Notes under the pieces: model-generated
What the model was told of the DNA's origin: nothing
Database searches by the model: none
What the model saw: only the letters and a program-made list of their open reading frames with translations
Origin: Candidatus Izemoplasmatales bacterium
GTDB lineage: Bacteria > Bacillota_I > Bacilli_A > Izemoplasmatales > Hujiaoplasmataceae
Assembly (NCBI GenBank): GCA_028691315.1
Contig: JAQUZN010000001.1
Location: 121,238-145,237, forward strand
Reading direction: 5' to 3'
DNA: 24,000 nucleotides
Part shown: positions 1 to 9,934 of the stretch, piece by piece
How positions within the stretch are numbered: the stretch's first letter is position 1
Layout: every line of letters begins with the position of its first letter
Translations under genes and position numbers: made by a program

Positions 1-841
1 TACGAATATAGTAAGGTCTTCCTTCTACTTGATAAATATAATCAATTCTTTGCTCAATAAATTCTCTATTTTTCCCATAAGAGGTTACTTCCATATACTT
101 AGGATCTTCATCCTCATCATTAAATAAAGGAACTCCTAATACTTGAGGACCAAGTACATAGATACCATCTACCGTAATGGCATCTATTGTTCCATCAACT
201 AATATCCCACGATAACGATAACTATTAGAAAGTTTCTCGTTAGTGATCGAACCGTTTGCATAAGACTCCGATGTCCATCCACCCTGTGGGGCTTTTACCA
301 AACTTACGGCAGTTTGACCAGTAATAGCTTCTAATACATCTTCACCCAAATTATCTAAATGAATACGAGAAGCATCAGAAGACTTATCTAGATCATTGCT
401 TGTAATGGGAGTATCTTTCTCTCTCTTAGTCGCTAATGAACCTTCAATGTTTTCTTTATCTTGTTGAGTGAACATATTATCTCTAATATCATCAAGCTCT
501 ACATTCACATCATCTTTTTTGGCATAATTCTCTTTTATATGAACAACCAAAAGATTGGTCTCTCCAAGCTGTTGTATAATCTCCGCTTGACCATTCTCAA
601 TCAACTCTACTATTTTTTCAGAAGAATACACTTTAGTATCTGATGGTTGATCATCATCAGAGATAAAATTTCTTCTCAAATCCGCTAAACTTATTGTGCT
701 TGTATTCGGAGTATTCAAACCTTGCACAATAAATAATGCGTCATCTCCTATTTCTGTCACTTGGTCTAATTCATTGATATAGACATCATGACTTTCTGTT
801 TCTATTCCAGCAGTTGTATTTATAGGATCATATTCTGCCAT
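1..841 (-). CDS. Partial phage structural / tail-associated protein (3' end beyond window)
   Basis: Open reading frame on the minus strand from ATG at 841 (preceded by AAAGGAG) and open to the window edge; absent from the supplied ORF track because it is truncated. Begins MAEYDPINTTAGIETESHDVYINELDQVTEIGDDALFIVQGLNTPNTSTISLADLRRNF, an N-terminal style common in Gram-positive phage tail/fibre proteins. Confidence 0.75.
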   Translation of the reverse strand, partial: MAEYDPINTTAGIETESHDVYINELDQVTEIGDDALFIVQGLNTPNTSTISLADLRRNFISDDDQPSDTKVYSSEKIVELIENGQAEIIQQLGETNLLVVHIKENYAKKDDVNVELDDIRDNMFTQQDKENIEGSLATKREKDTPITSNDLDKSSDASRIHLDNLGEDVLEAITGQTAVSLVKAPQGGWTSESYANGSITNEKLSNSYRYRGILVDGTIDAITVDGIYVLGPQVLGVPLFNDEDEDPKYMEVTSYGKNREFIEQRIDYIYQVEGRPYYIR

Positions 842-904
842 TTCAAGTCTCCTTTCAAGGATAATCTATTTATTAGGATGTTTAACTGGGTGAAATAGAG
901 ATAA

Positions 905-942
905 AAAATAAACCACTAGAGGGTATAAATCCTCTAGTGGTC
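905..942 (-). terminator. Intrinsic terminator (minus strand)
   Basis: Perfect 11-bp stem ACCACTAGAGG/CCTCTAGTGGT (912-922/931-941), followed on the minus strand by TTTATTTTTTATC; lies downstream of the 960-2582 gene. Confidence 0.85.
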
Positions 943-959
943 AATGGGGGAAATTTATA

Positions 960-2582
960 TTAAATCAACAAAGCATATAACAAGATTTCTTCCATAATAA
1001 TATCCGATACTTTATTACAGTCGATCATTCTCCCATCAATCTTTGAATCTTCATAAGAGATGATCTGGAAATCAGATGTTAAAATGGTTGCTATTGTGCT
1101 TTGAAGATATTCTATAATCTTATCATTTTTGTATTTTTCTCGAACCTTAGGCAAGTTCTTAGAACTTTCCAATTTCTCTAATTCTTTTTTATTTACATTT
1201 TTCTTTGATTGAAGTCGAATAATTTTACCACTTACGATATATGGTAAGATAATCATATTACTTGCTCGTAACATTCGAGAAGACGCAATGATTAATTTCA
1301 CATAATCAAGTTTACCAATCGAATTAATCGATTTCGAATCTCCAAAATATTTAAAGAAAATATTAAATACCAATTCTTTTTGAAATGGCATAATAACACT
1401 TCCATTTAATTCTTCACTTAATCTACTAATATAAAAATTAATCTCTTTCTCATCAAATGGTCCATAGATCATTTCTATATTCTTCATCGCATATTCACAT
1501 GCCACTTTATTCTGAATATATAATGCTGGATTCTGCTTAATCGTAAATGATTCATACTTATCAAACCCTGATACATGGTCCGCATCCCTTTCAGCACTTG
1601 ATAAAGGTATGTAATCATATTCATAAGCAATACCACTTACTTGATAATAATTATGCTGTTTAATCGAAGCATAGTTAAATGATATGATATTCTTTTTGAA
1701 TGTATATTTTGGCATAATATTTAAAATGATATTTGAAACACTTTCGATACTATGTGTGGTTACATTCTTACCACGAATTTCTTGAAAACTCCAGAGAGCT
1801 TCATTGATCTTTGAATTCTTGTGGATGTTTGTATTTGATGTCTGGTATAGTTTATTATAAATATTAATCGTCGGATCAAGATTTAGAATAATATCAAATA
1901 CAGTCATTAAAAATTCATTAGCGTCATCAATCCCTTTTACATAGATGAAATGAGTTGCTAATGGAATACACATATTCATCAACATCGACATCCATAACAT
2001 TGTCTTTGCGTGTTTGTCTTTATATACGAGGGATTGATTCTTATCATTTTTATATTTCGTTTGATCTAATGTCAAATCATAATTATCTTCAATCATAACC
2101 AATGCTAATAATGCTAATCGTGAATGAAAGATATATCTGGTTAAATCATATCGAAATACTTCATGATTATAATCAGGTTCAAAATCAATCATAAATTTAA
2201 TATTAAATAGAACCATCAATAATTCTTTATCTGTATCATAGAACTTCTCAAAGTAATTTAGATATAATGGGATATGAACTCTCATATCTTTTCCATTATA
2301 ACATCTCTTAGTAGACAAGATAAAGTTATCAAAATCCTTATCCTGAATATTAAACATCTTTGAGAATTCTACATTTAATGTATTCTTTGTGGTTCTAAAT
2401 ATTGTATCTTCTGTTGGCGGTTCCCAATCATCAACCGGAGGTGGAGTTATCATAATAGGTTTAATTGGTCCGATTAAACTTTTAGACTCATGTAAACTAC
2501 ACTGCTCCAATGGATTCTCAATAAATCTAATAGGTCTGCTCATGTAAACTTCTTCCTTCCCATTTATTATTTCCGAACTCAT
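960..2582 (-). CDS. Hypothetical phage protein (~527-540 aa)
   Basis: 540 aa ORF. The better start may be the internal ATG at 2543 (MSRPIRFIENP...), preceded by GGAAGGAAG. No family recognised. Confidence 0.85.
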   Translation of the reverse strand: MSSEIINGKEEVYMSRPIRFIENPLEQCSLHESKSLIGPIKPIMITPPPVDDWEPPTEDTIFRTTKNTLNVEFSKMFNIQDKDFDNFILSTKRCYNGKDMRVHIPLYLNYFEKFYDTDKELLMVLFNIKFMIDFEPDYNHEVFRYDLTRYIFHSRLALLALVMIEDNYDLTLDQTKYKNDKNQSLVYKDKHAKTMLWMSMLMNMCIPLATHFIYVKGIDDANEFLMTVFDIILNLDPTINIYNKLYQTSNTNIHKNSKINEALWSFQEIRGKNVTTHSIESVSNIILNIMPKYTFKKNIISFNYASIKQHNYYQVSGIAYEYDYIPLSSAERDADHVSGFDKYESFTIKQNPALYIQNKVACEYAMKNIEMIYGPFDEKEINFYISRLSEELNGSVIMPFQKELVFNIFFKYFGDSKSINSIGKLDYVKLIIASSRMLRASNMIILPYIVSGKIIRLQSKKNVNKKELEKLESSKNLPKVREKYKNDKIIEYLQSTIATILTSDFQIISYEDSKIDGRMIDCNKVSDIIMEEILLYALLI

Positions 2583-2654
2583 ATGTATAATATATAACCA
2601 ATTTACAGTTATATAATATACTGGTTACTAGTGAGTTCAGTGGTTAATAAATTC

Positions 2655-2697
2655 ATAAAAATATAGCTGTAGGATTTCAACGTTCCTACAGCTATAT
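2655..2697 (-). terminator. Intrinsic terminator (minus strand)
   Basis: 14-bp perfect stem ATATAGCTGTAGGA (2661-2674)/TCCTACAGCTATAT (2684-2697), followed on the minus strand by TTTTTATG; just downstream of the 2703-3122 stop. Confidence 0.85.
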
Positions 2698-2702
2698 ATG
2701 TA

Positions 2703-3122
2703 TTAAAGTTCGTCTTCCAACAAGAACCAAAGAGCAACCTCATAATCAAATGGGATCTCCCATCCTTTTAGGGTTTCAGCATCTACACAGAAAAGAGTGA
2801 CTTCGTGTTCGATTTCAGAAATTTCTTTCAATTCATCACGATACGCTTTTACTTGATCTCTGTCTTCTGTGTTGATCTGCCAATAATTTCTACCGTCTTC
2901 AGTCTGTTTCGCTTCTCCATATTTTTGGATCAAATCCTGTTTAGCTTCTGAATACTCTGCGTTTTCTCCTCTGAGAATACGAAGATTACGTCCAAGCATA
3001 TAACCAAATTTCGGGTTATATCTCTGTCCAGAATTTCCTACTGCCTGAATAATAGCAGCAATAGACTCCGCCGCATCATTAATATCCGCATTTGACATTA
3101 CAATTTTTTTATCCATTCTCAA
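2703..3122 (-). CDS. Small hypothetical phage protein (139 aa) following the tail fibre gene
   Basis: ORF overlaps the end of the upstream fibre gene by 14 nt and is followed by a terminator. Confidence 0.8.
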   Translation of the reverse strand: MRMDKKIVMSNADINDAAESIAAIIQAVGNSGQRYNPKFGYMLGRNLRILRGENAEYSEAKQDLIQKYGEAKQTEDGRNYWQINTEDRDQVKAYRDELKEISEIEHEVTLFCVDAETLKGWEIPFDYEVALWFLLEDEL

Positions 3123-5268
3123 TCTCCTTTAGCTTATTCTTTATACTATTTAGTTCTTTGAGTATTAATTTAATAGCCAGGAAGTTGATAGGATTCAATT
3201 CTTCATACCCAAGGGATAAGAAATGTTCAATTACTCTTTCATTTGGATTTGAAGGGTCTTTGATAATCTCTTCATAAGTTTGAATGATACTGAGATTTTC
3301 TACATTCATACCTAATGATTCAAGTTTATCTTTTATCTTATTAGCAGAGAATCCAAAGTGCGTTAATGGAACTTTACGATCATCATCTCTGTATTCATAT
3401 GCAATAGGCTCTATGGTTTCATAGAAATCATATAATGATTGATTTGATAATTGATTAATTAGAGGAACAATATTATTTTTCTTTCTCTCATCAGAAGTGA
3501 ATTGGTTAGTTCCAGAAGAATTCAATACAGGTTTATTAAATTTAGTTGGCAGATTTACTCTAAAATCTTCTTGATCGGTATCAGCAGACTGACCTATTGA
3601 TAATCCTTTCCCACTAGCTCCAAATTCAACAAAATAACCAGAGGCAGAAACAATCATTTCTCGATAAACTGCGGTTCCATCATTTACTTCTACTCTAATA
3701 GTATAAGCATGTGTTTCATCCAATCCGGTTAAGATTAAATTCTCTTGCCAATGAGCATTTACTGAAGATGGCGGAAATGGAAGCACATTTTCAGCCGGAT
3801 ATGATGTTTCATTTACTTTCTTCCATTGAATTTTAGAAGTCATAGAATCACCTTCAAAATTATCAAGCTCCATTGCAGAAGAATAAGCTTTAAACCATAA
3901 TCTTATATTTAATCCTTCATCATTTGCAACAAATCCATCCGCAGTAGTTCCAATTCCTCTAGTAACAGACATACCATCAATAACCGGAGGCATCGTGGCT
4001 TCTCTTACATTGATGACGACTTCCTTCATAACAGTGATTCCGCGACTATCAGCCAATTCAACGCGAACGACATTTGGACCTATACTATTCACAGCAATAG
4101 TAGCAGTAAAATTATGGTTATATTCTGCTTGATCGCTAGGTTGTGCAGTTGGGGTATATGTAAAAGTTTTTGTTCTGGTAGATATGCTATATTTAATAGT
4201 GGTAACTGTAGCTCCATATCGTTTACTTGCATTGACTCTTACTTGCATGAATGGTTTTGATTTTCCAAGTTCATACCCAGGAACTACTTCTATTGGGTCA
4301 GTTGCTGCTTGTCCTCTACCAGATGAATCATCAACACTAATCGATGTAAGTTTAAATCCAATATTCGGATCATCTTTTGGGACTTTTATTGTTCCTTTAT
4401 AAGTGTATCTTCCTAATAATTCCCCTTTTGTTCCATCGGCTTTACTTATGAATGTTGCAATCGCATAATAGCATGATATGACACTTGTTTTCGTTACATC
4501 ATTAAGTATACTAAGCGGTGGAGTCCAGGGGAGTGATGTTCCTAAATAATCTTGAGTTGCAAGAATACTAGTCTCTGTACCGTCATCTTTTGTATAATAT
4601 AAAGCGATATCACATTTTGTACCAGTAGACCTTGTTAAATTAAATCTTTGTTGTTGACCAATTGTGAGATTTGGTGTTTCTAATGTCATGGTGGTAGCAA
4701 CTGGTTTTGGACCAATATCAGGAACCTGCACTTCTAGTTGACAATTGATGCTGCTACAAGTATTCGTATTATTTTTACCAGTAACCGTAATAATATCGGT
4801 ATAAACACCTGTTAGATTATAATAGGTTAAATCCCATTCATGATACACTGTTCTTTGCCATTTATTGCTTGTTACAAAGTTCTGTGAGTAGTTCTTTTCC
4901 GCTTTTGATCTTGTAGATTTCAATTTAAGCGTTAAAGCGTTATTTGATGCAACCCCATCAGTTCTTCTAAAATAAACCGCACAAGTAATTCGAACTTTTC
5001 GATTTTCTTTACTCGGTGTTTTACATTTCACAACAACCATGATCTGATAACCTTTGCTTGTACCTTGATTCGATACACCATTTCCAAATGTATAACCATC
5101 TGTGTAGGCATAATAATCATTTGGTACAATCGCAGATGTATAAGGTGTTGTGCTTAATTTTACATTTGCAAGATTATTTGCTATTGTAGTTTCATTCGTT
5201 CCATTCATAATAATGGAAGGATATTTTGTATTATCAGATGTAATCCAATATAATCTTGAATTAGCCAT
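3109..5268 (-). CDS. Tail fibre / minor structural protein with C-terminal intramolecular chaperone (Peptidase_S74-like) domain
   Basis: 719 aa. C-terminal ~129 aa (about 3112-3498) begins TSDERKKNNIVPLINQLSNQSLYDFYETIEPIAYEYRDD, matching the SDxRxKxNI signature of self-cleaving fibre chaperones. N-terminal part resembles Gram-positive phage minor structural proteins. Confidence 0.85.
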   Translation of the reverse strand: MANSRLYWITSDNTKYPSIIMNGTNETTIANNLANVKLSTTPYTSAIVPNDYYAYTDGYTFGNGVSNQGTSKGYQIMVVVKCKTPSKENRKVRITCAVYFRRTDGVASNNALTLKLKSTRSKAEKNYSQNFVTSNKWQRTVYHEWDLTYYNLTGVYTDIITVTGKNNTNTCSSINCQLEVQVPDIGPKPVATTMTLETPNLTIGQQQRFNLTRSTGTKCDIALYYTKDDGTETSILATQDYLGTSLPWTPPLSILNDVTKTSVISCYYAIATFISKADGTKGELLGRYTYKGTIKVPKDDPNIGFKLTSISVDDSSGRGQAATDPIEVVPGYELGKSKPFMQVRVNASKRYGATVTTIKYSISTRTKTFTYTPTAQPSDQAEYNHNFTATIAVNSIGPNVVRVELADSRGITVMKEVVINVREATMPPVIDGMSVTRGIGTTADGFVANDEGLNIRLWFKAYSSAMELDNFEGDSMTSKIQWKKVNETSYPAENVLPFPPSSVNAHWQENLILTGLDETHAYTIRVEVNDGTAVYREMIVSASGYFVEFGASGKGLSIGQSADTDQEDFRVNLPTKFNKPVLNSSGTNQFTSDERKKNNIVPLINQLSNQSLYDFYETIEPIAYEYRDDDRKVPLTHFGFSANKIKDKLESLGMNVENLSIIQTYEEIIKDPSNPNERVIEHFLSLGYEELNPINFLAIKLILKELNSIKNKLKEIENG

Positions 5269-5278
5269 TTCTTACCTC

Positions 5279-8143
5279 CTAAACTTGTCCAGTTTTCTTA
5301 ATGGACAGATTTCCATTTTCTCTTGCAAAGAACTTAAAGTTTCCGAGAGTAACAGCGTTTGTTTGCACTTCTTCTACTTCTAATCGATTCTGTTTAAATG
5401 TCGCTAAAGTTCCAGTTTCATTACTAAAACTAATGTTTGCATCTTCTGTATCATCTCCACTAAAGATTCTTAGTTTAACTGGACTAGCATTATTTCCCAA
5501 TAAGATAGCACCGTTATAAAGATTAATATATTGGAATAAATCACTGATCTCAATATCCATTGGATTACCTTCGCTATCTAATCCTTTAATAATAGTACGA
5601 TTTCTCCATTCTGTGCTAAGACCATCAATAGAAGCTTGCACTGATACAATCTTCTCATCAACTTCTGACATAATTTTTGATAAAGAATCATTCTCTGCAA
5701 TCATGCCTTTCACATCTTCTTCTGTAAGAATCTTTGGTTGTTCTGTTTGGAACACAGCAGCCATTGCATCCTCAAAAATTTCAAATCGCATAGAAGTTGC
5801 TTCGATATAATCCCTCATAGAGTTATCATTTTCAAATTCATTAACCGTAAGATCTTCAGGTGCTGGTTGCCAATCTCGAATTTTAACCAAACTATTATAA
5901 AGACCCATATTAATCAGATTGAAAGTATCACCTTCTTGGAAATCTGTTGATTTAAATCCAATATACTTATATTCAATATTATCAAGTTGATCATAGACAA
6001 TATCATACATTCTTGTTGTCAGAGCAATATTCATGGATGCTATTCTTTTAACATGAGATAGATCTTCTGTCATTAAATATACATTAACAACCAAGGGATC
6101 ATTAGTGCTAGTCGAACCAAATGCTCTAAAACAGAATGAATATCGTCCCATAGCTGGAACTTCACTTAATGGAAGTCTAATGTATTGATTTTCTTCTGTT
6201 TGCTCTTCTTGCAACTCACCCTTTTTAAATTGTAGATAAGTGACTCTTTTAGCAACATCATCTACAGTCATTGCTTCTAAATTTTCTGGTAAGATTGTCA
6301 TCGTCCATGGAATCTCACCAAGTTCCCATAACATTGGTTTATTTACTTGATAATCACCACTGGTAAGAATCATGTTTCGAATACCGAAGGTATGATTAAA
6401 ATTGATGACATCGACATCATTAACACGAAGAGTCTCAGCATTGATTTCTACACGATCGGTATTGGCTTCTACTTTAAAGTTTCTTGAGTCAATTCCACCA
6501 CTAGGACTTAATACCAAATTATTAGATAGATTAATACCACTTTTTCCAATATAAACACTTGTATATCCATCATTTGGATCTTCCCAATAGATTTCATTCT
6601 CTCCGATATTCCAAGGACCAATTCTACCACCTTCAGTAGCAATCAAATAACCTTCGGTTGTTATTTGTACTGCACCATTGATCGATGTCATACCATTCAA
6701 TTTAATATTATCGCCAGTAAGAACAATATCTCTAGATATCAAACTTGCAAAGTTTTCTGTTAGCTCAAAGGACGTCTCATCAGTACCTGAGACTAACCAA
6801 GAAAATCTCTCAGCTGTTTGTGCAGCACTGCTGGAGATCTGTAGGGCATTGTTAGCTTCTTGACTAATAGCCGTTAAAGTACGCACGGTTTCATCCGCAG
6901 ACTCTCTATATTCATTATAAAAGTCAGAAATATATTTCTTTTCACCATCTATTGTTTCATAGTAAGTCGATCTTCGTAACTGCTCTAAACCATGCATAGT
7001 TTCATAACTAGTCTTAACAGCTTCTACGGCTATAATTTGATCTCCACTCACTTCATCTTCTAAATTTGTAATCGCTTGCCAACCCAAAGGGGAACCAGTC
7101 CATTTAGAATAAATATCTGTGGATGGCATATACCAAATATCCCCTATTCGTGGATCATTTGGTACTGTTTCTGATACAATCACATTTTTCCTATTTTGAA
7201 GAGTAATAGAATTACGATAAGTCGCAAGGTTATATCTCATTTCACAAGTGATCGTAGTAGATAAAGCAATACTAGATATAGGTAATGATAATGTATATCC
7301 ACTTGCATTTTGAACCCAGATACCATTCACATACCATCTAAAGGTTGCATCCTCATCCGTCAATTTATTTGAACCTTCATACGCAATAGCTTCTAGTGTA
7401 ATGGTAGATACAGTACGATTATCAAAGATAGTTCCTTCTGGAGAGAATATATTGAATGAGATTGACGTGTTAGTAGGTTCAAATATCATATTACTTAATG
7501 TAATGCTACCAGTAGCACTAATCGCAGCCCCTTCAGTATCCGTTCCATTATAAGCACAATAAAAAGTAGCATTTACAGTATCATTCATTTCATTAGCAGA
7601 TACCGTAACATTTTTGCCAGTATAATGCTTACCATTCCAAAATGTATCATAATCAGCATTCTTTGATTTTCTAGTCCATACCAAATCAGTAGCTTTTGCT
7701 GTAGAGGTAATGTCTTCACCTGTTTTTAATATTCTTGCCGTTAAGGTTTTAACATCACTTGGAGAAGCAAAAATAAAACCCTCTCCACTCATTACTTCAC
7801 AAGTATAATGAGCGTTTGCCGCTAACTTATCAAGCTCTGTTCTTATTTTCCTACTACTCCAAGAGGCTGTATCTTTAATAGTATTATCATCAATATCCGA
7901 AAATTTAGGAAATATAATATTTAATTTTTTCGATTTACTATCTTCATCTATTTCAATACTAGCATCCGGTGTAGCAGAGTCTCCTACTATCAGATCCCCT
8001 ATTTCTAATGACATGCTATTCTTCTCTATGCCATCTTCCATATGGTCTAATCGTTTCTTTGTAATTACAGAATCATCTTGTAATCTAGAAGGTAATGTTT
8101 TATCATAAGTCTTCCAGTTTTGTTTTGTATAATCATAAGACAT
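5279..8143 (-). CDS. Large phage minor structural / tail tip or fibre protein (954 aa)
   Basis: Starts MSYDYTKQNWKTYDKTLPSRLQDDSVITKKRLDHMEDGIEKNS, typical of Gram-positive phage tail proteins; contains WNGKHYTGKNVTVSANEM and NDPRIGDIWYMPSTDIYSKW modules common in such proteins; sits in the fibre gene cluster. Confidence 0.8.
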   Translation of the reverse strand: MSYDYTKQNWKTYDKTLPSRLQDDSVITKKRLDHMEDGIEKNSMSLEIGDLIVGDSATPDASIEIDEDSKSKKLNIIFPKFSDIDDNTIKDTASWSSRKIRTELDKLAANAHYTCEVMSGEGFIFASPSDVKTLTARILKTGEDITSTAKATDLVWTRKSKNADYDTFWNGKHYTGKNVTVSANEMNDTVNATFYCAYNGTDTEGAAISATGSITLSNMIFEPTNTSISFNIFSPEGTIFDNRTVSTITLEAIAYEGSNKLTDEDATFRWYVNGIWVQNASGYTLSLPISSIALSTTITCEMRYNLATYRNSITLQNRKNVIVSETVPNDPRIGDIWYMPSTDIYSKWTGSPLGWQAITNLEDEVSGDQIIAVEAVKTSYETMHGLEQLRRSTYYETIDGEKKYISDFYNEYRESADETVRTLTAISQEANNALQISSSAAQTAERFSWLVSGTDETSFELTENFASLISRDIVLTGDNIKLNGMTSINGAVQITTEGYLIATEGGRIGPWNIGENEIYWEDPNDGYTSVYIGKSGINLSNNLVLSPSGGIDSRNFKVEANTDRVEINAETLRVNDVDVINFNHTFGIRNMILTSGDYQVNKPMLWELGEIPWTMTILPENLEAMTVDDVAKRVTYLQFKKGELQEEQTEENQYIRLPLSEVPAMGRYSFCFRAFGSTSTNDPLVVNVYLMTEDLSHVKRIASMNIALTTRMYDIVYDQLDNIEYKYIGFKSTDFQEGDTFNLINMGLYNSLVKIRDWQPAPEDLTVNEFENDNSMRDYIEATSMRFEIFEDAMAAVFQTEQPKILTEEDVKGMIAENDSLSKIMSEVDEKIVSVQASIDGLSTEWRNRTIIKGLDSEGNPMDIEISDLFQYINLYNGAILLGNNASPVKLRIFSGDDTEDANISFSNETGTLATFKQNRLEVEEVQTNAVTLGNFKFFARENGNLSIKKTGQV

Positions 8144-8283
8144 AAAAGAAAGATCTCCTTTCCATCTTTTTATTTAATATACTGTTCAAGATAGGCAGGA
8201 TGTGGCAATTGTAATTAAATGATCGCTCAATCATATATTATAAATTTGACAATTGTATAATACCAAAGAAAGGAAATGAACTT

Positions 8284-9168
8284 ATGAAAAAAGTGAATAT
8301 TATCACACCATCAAATGAAAAACTGCCATCAAATTTTGTGACTGCATGTAATCAATTACAGGAGGAATACAAATCTACTGAAGTAAAATTTAAAGCTTAT
8401 GTTTTGAAGAATCAAGATGTAGATGCTACTCAGACATTAAAAGATATTGCTAATGCAGATGTCATGATAATTGTTTCATCTATGTATTTTGGTGTAAGTA
8501 TTAATATGATATGCTCTATGATAAAAGATGTAAACCCATCTTTACATATCATCGTATGTGAATTATCAGAGAATGGAATGCCAAAGAATTTTACCGACAA
8601 GTTAATGGAAGTCCCAGTTGATTGTATACTTAGTAATCCAAAAGATATCAATATTATCAAGTATATTATCAACTATGGAATCAAAAAGAATAATGAGTCG
8701 ACCGATCAATTGTTGATACCATCAGAAAGACAAATTAACAAAGAATCATCCGTTAAAGAAACGGAAATAAAAACCGTAACAGAGATGACGGATGATGAGA
8801 TCAAGAAATTAATTTCTCAGATATTTAGAGAAATTGGTTGTAGTGTAAATCTTATTGGATTTGCCTATGCTGTTGATTCCATATTTTATCTTGTGAGGTA
8901 TGGGCATGACAATAAAATTGTAACTACAGTGTATGGGTATGCAGCAAAAGAAGCAACAAACAAAGGTAGGGAAACAACAGCCAATAGAGTAGAACGAGCA
9001 ATTCGTCATATGATTGAGAATCTTTTTAATAATGGGAAATCAAACTTCGTGTTATCGAATAAGTTCAACCCAGACAAAGGAAAACCAACCAATACGGAAT
9101 TCTTGAAGTATATTGCTGATAGTATTATCAATGGCTGGTATCAAGAAATATTAGATGAAAATAAATAA
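8284..9168 (+). CDS. Spo0A-like transcriptional regulator with degenerate receiver-like N-terminus
   Basis: C-terminal half reads [28 protein letters not shown]...[33 protein letters not shown]...[15 protein letters not shown], matching the B. subtilis Spo0A effector domain as I recall it ([21 protein letters not shown]...[27 protein letters not shown]...KPTNSEFIAMVADKL). SD-like AAAGGAAATGAAC precedes the ATG. Confidence 0.9.
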   Translation: [294 protein letters not shown]

Positions 9169-9176
9169 AAGAAAAG

Positions 9177-9210
9177 ACCCTAGTGAAGAATATTTCACTA
9201 GGGTTATTTT
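9177..9210. terminator. Bidirectional intrinsic terminator between convergent genes
   Basis: 11-bp perfect stem ACCCTAGTGAA (9177-9187)/TTCACTAGGGT (9194-9204), with TATTTTATT on the plus side and CTTTTCTTTTAT on the minus side; lies between the converging 8284-9168 (+) and 9212-9814 (-) genes. Confidence 0.85.
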
Positions 9211-9211
9211 A

Positions 9212-9814
9212 TTAAGAAATTCTTTTTCTTTTTTGTTCCAATCGTCGATCAATTGCTTTTTGAAACTCCGGTTTCAAATAATGATAGACATCTTTTACAT
9301 TATAAAATCTACCATATTTCGACATATGATTATCCTTCAAGTTTTTATTGATATATCCATCAAACTCAGACGAATAATCTGCAACGTATAATATATTATG
9401 TACTCCATCCCAATAAATCGACGAATCATAAGCCACGAAAGGTTTGTTAAATAATCGAATATAATCAATACCCGAGAATTTTACATTTTTAATATTGATT
9501 CTTGCTTCTTGTCTAGCTTCTAATACAACTTGTTGATGATTTGCTACATCACGTTCTACAGATCCACCTGGAACTCTGAAATAATTCTTTTCTCTACATA
9601 GAAAGACTTGACCTTTATGATTAAAGATCAAAACTTCTACACGGTTTCTAAATATTTTACCTGGAAACTTAGATATGGTTACCAAGCTATTCCAATTATT
9701 ATTACGATCAAAATATCCTTTATGTAACAATGCAGAGTGCATCGTTATCTTAGGACTAGCCGGTGTTCGCATCGCTCTTTTCTCCTTCTTTCTTTTTTCA
9801 CTCATACAAATCAT
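9212..9814 (-). CDS. Nudix-fold phage protein (Nudix box degenerate)
   Basis: RNRVEVLIFNHKGQVFLCREKNYFRVPGGSVERDVANHQQVVLEARQEARI. Nudix-like strand-loop-helix pattern, but the REUXEE motif is altered. Confidence 0.6.
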   Translation of the reverse strand: MICMSEKRKKEKRAMRTPASPKITMHSALLHKGYFDRNNNWNSLVTISKFPGKIFRNRVEVLIFNHKGQVFLCREKNYFRVPGGSVERDVANHQQVVLEARQEARINIKNVKFSGIDYIRLFNKPFVAYDSSIYWDGVHNILYVADYSSEFDGYINKNLKDNHMSKYGRFYNVKDVYHYLKPEFQKAIDRRLEQKRKRIS

Positions 9815-9895
9815 TCTCCTTATAACGTAAGAATTCTATTATATGGATGTTTTAGCCTTCGTTATTTACCATATTATGAGAAAAAAGAAAAAGGT

Positions 9896-9932
9896 CAGCC
9901 TAGGCAGTTTCATCCACCTAGGCTTGTTTTTG
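9896..9932 (-). terminator. Hairpin, probable terminator downstream of the 9935-11374 gene
   Basis: 8-bp stem AGCCTAGG (9896-9903)/CCTAGGCT (9916-9923), with a TTTTTCTTTTTC tract on the minus side and TGTTTTTGTTTTA on the plus side. Confidence 0.75.
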
Positions 9933-9934
9933 TT

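Noticed and set aside
461-643. Plus-strand ORF of 60 aa
   Set aside because: Antisense to the clear minus-strand structural CDS 1-841; low-complexity translation and no SD.
4184-5810. Antisense plus-strand ORFs (4184-4402, 5150-5383, 5301-5519, 5613-5810) and similar ones at 5738-5950 and 6678-6863
   Set aside because: All lie opposite long tail/fibre genes and have non-protein-like composition; shadow ORFs.
8246-8261. TTGACA and TATAAT strings upstream of the Spo0A-like gene
   Set aside because: Spacing between them is only 4 nt, so they do not form a standard promoter pair. A -10-like element alone is weak in such AT-rich DNA.
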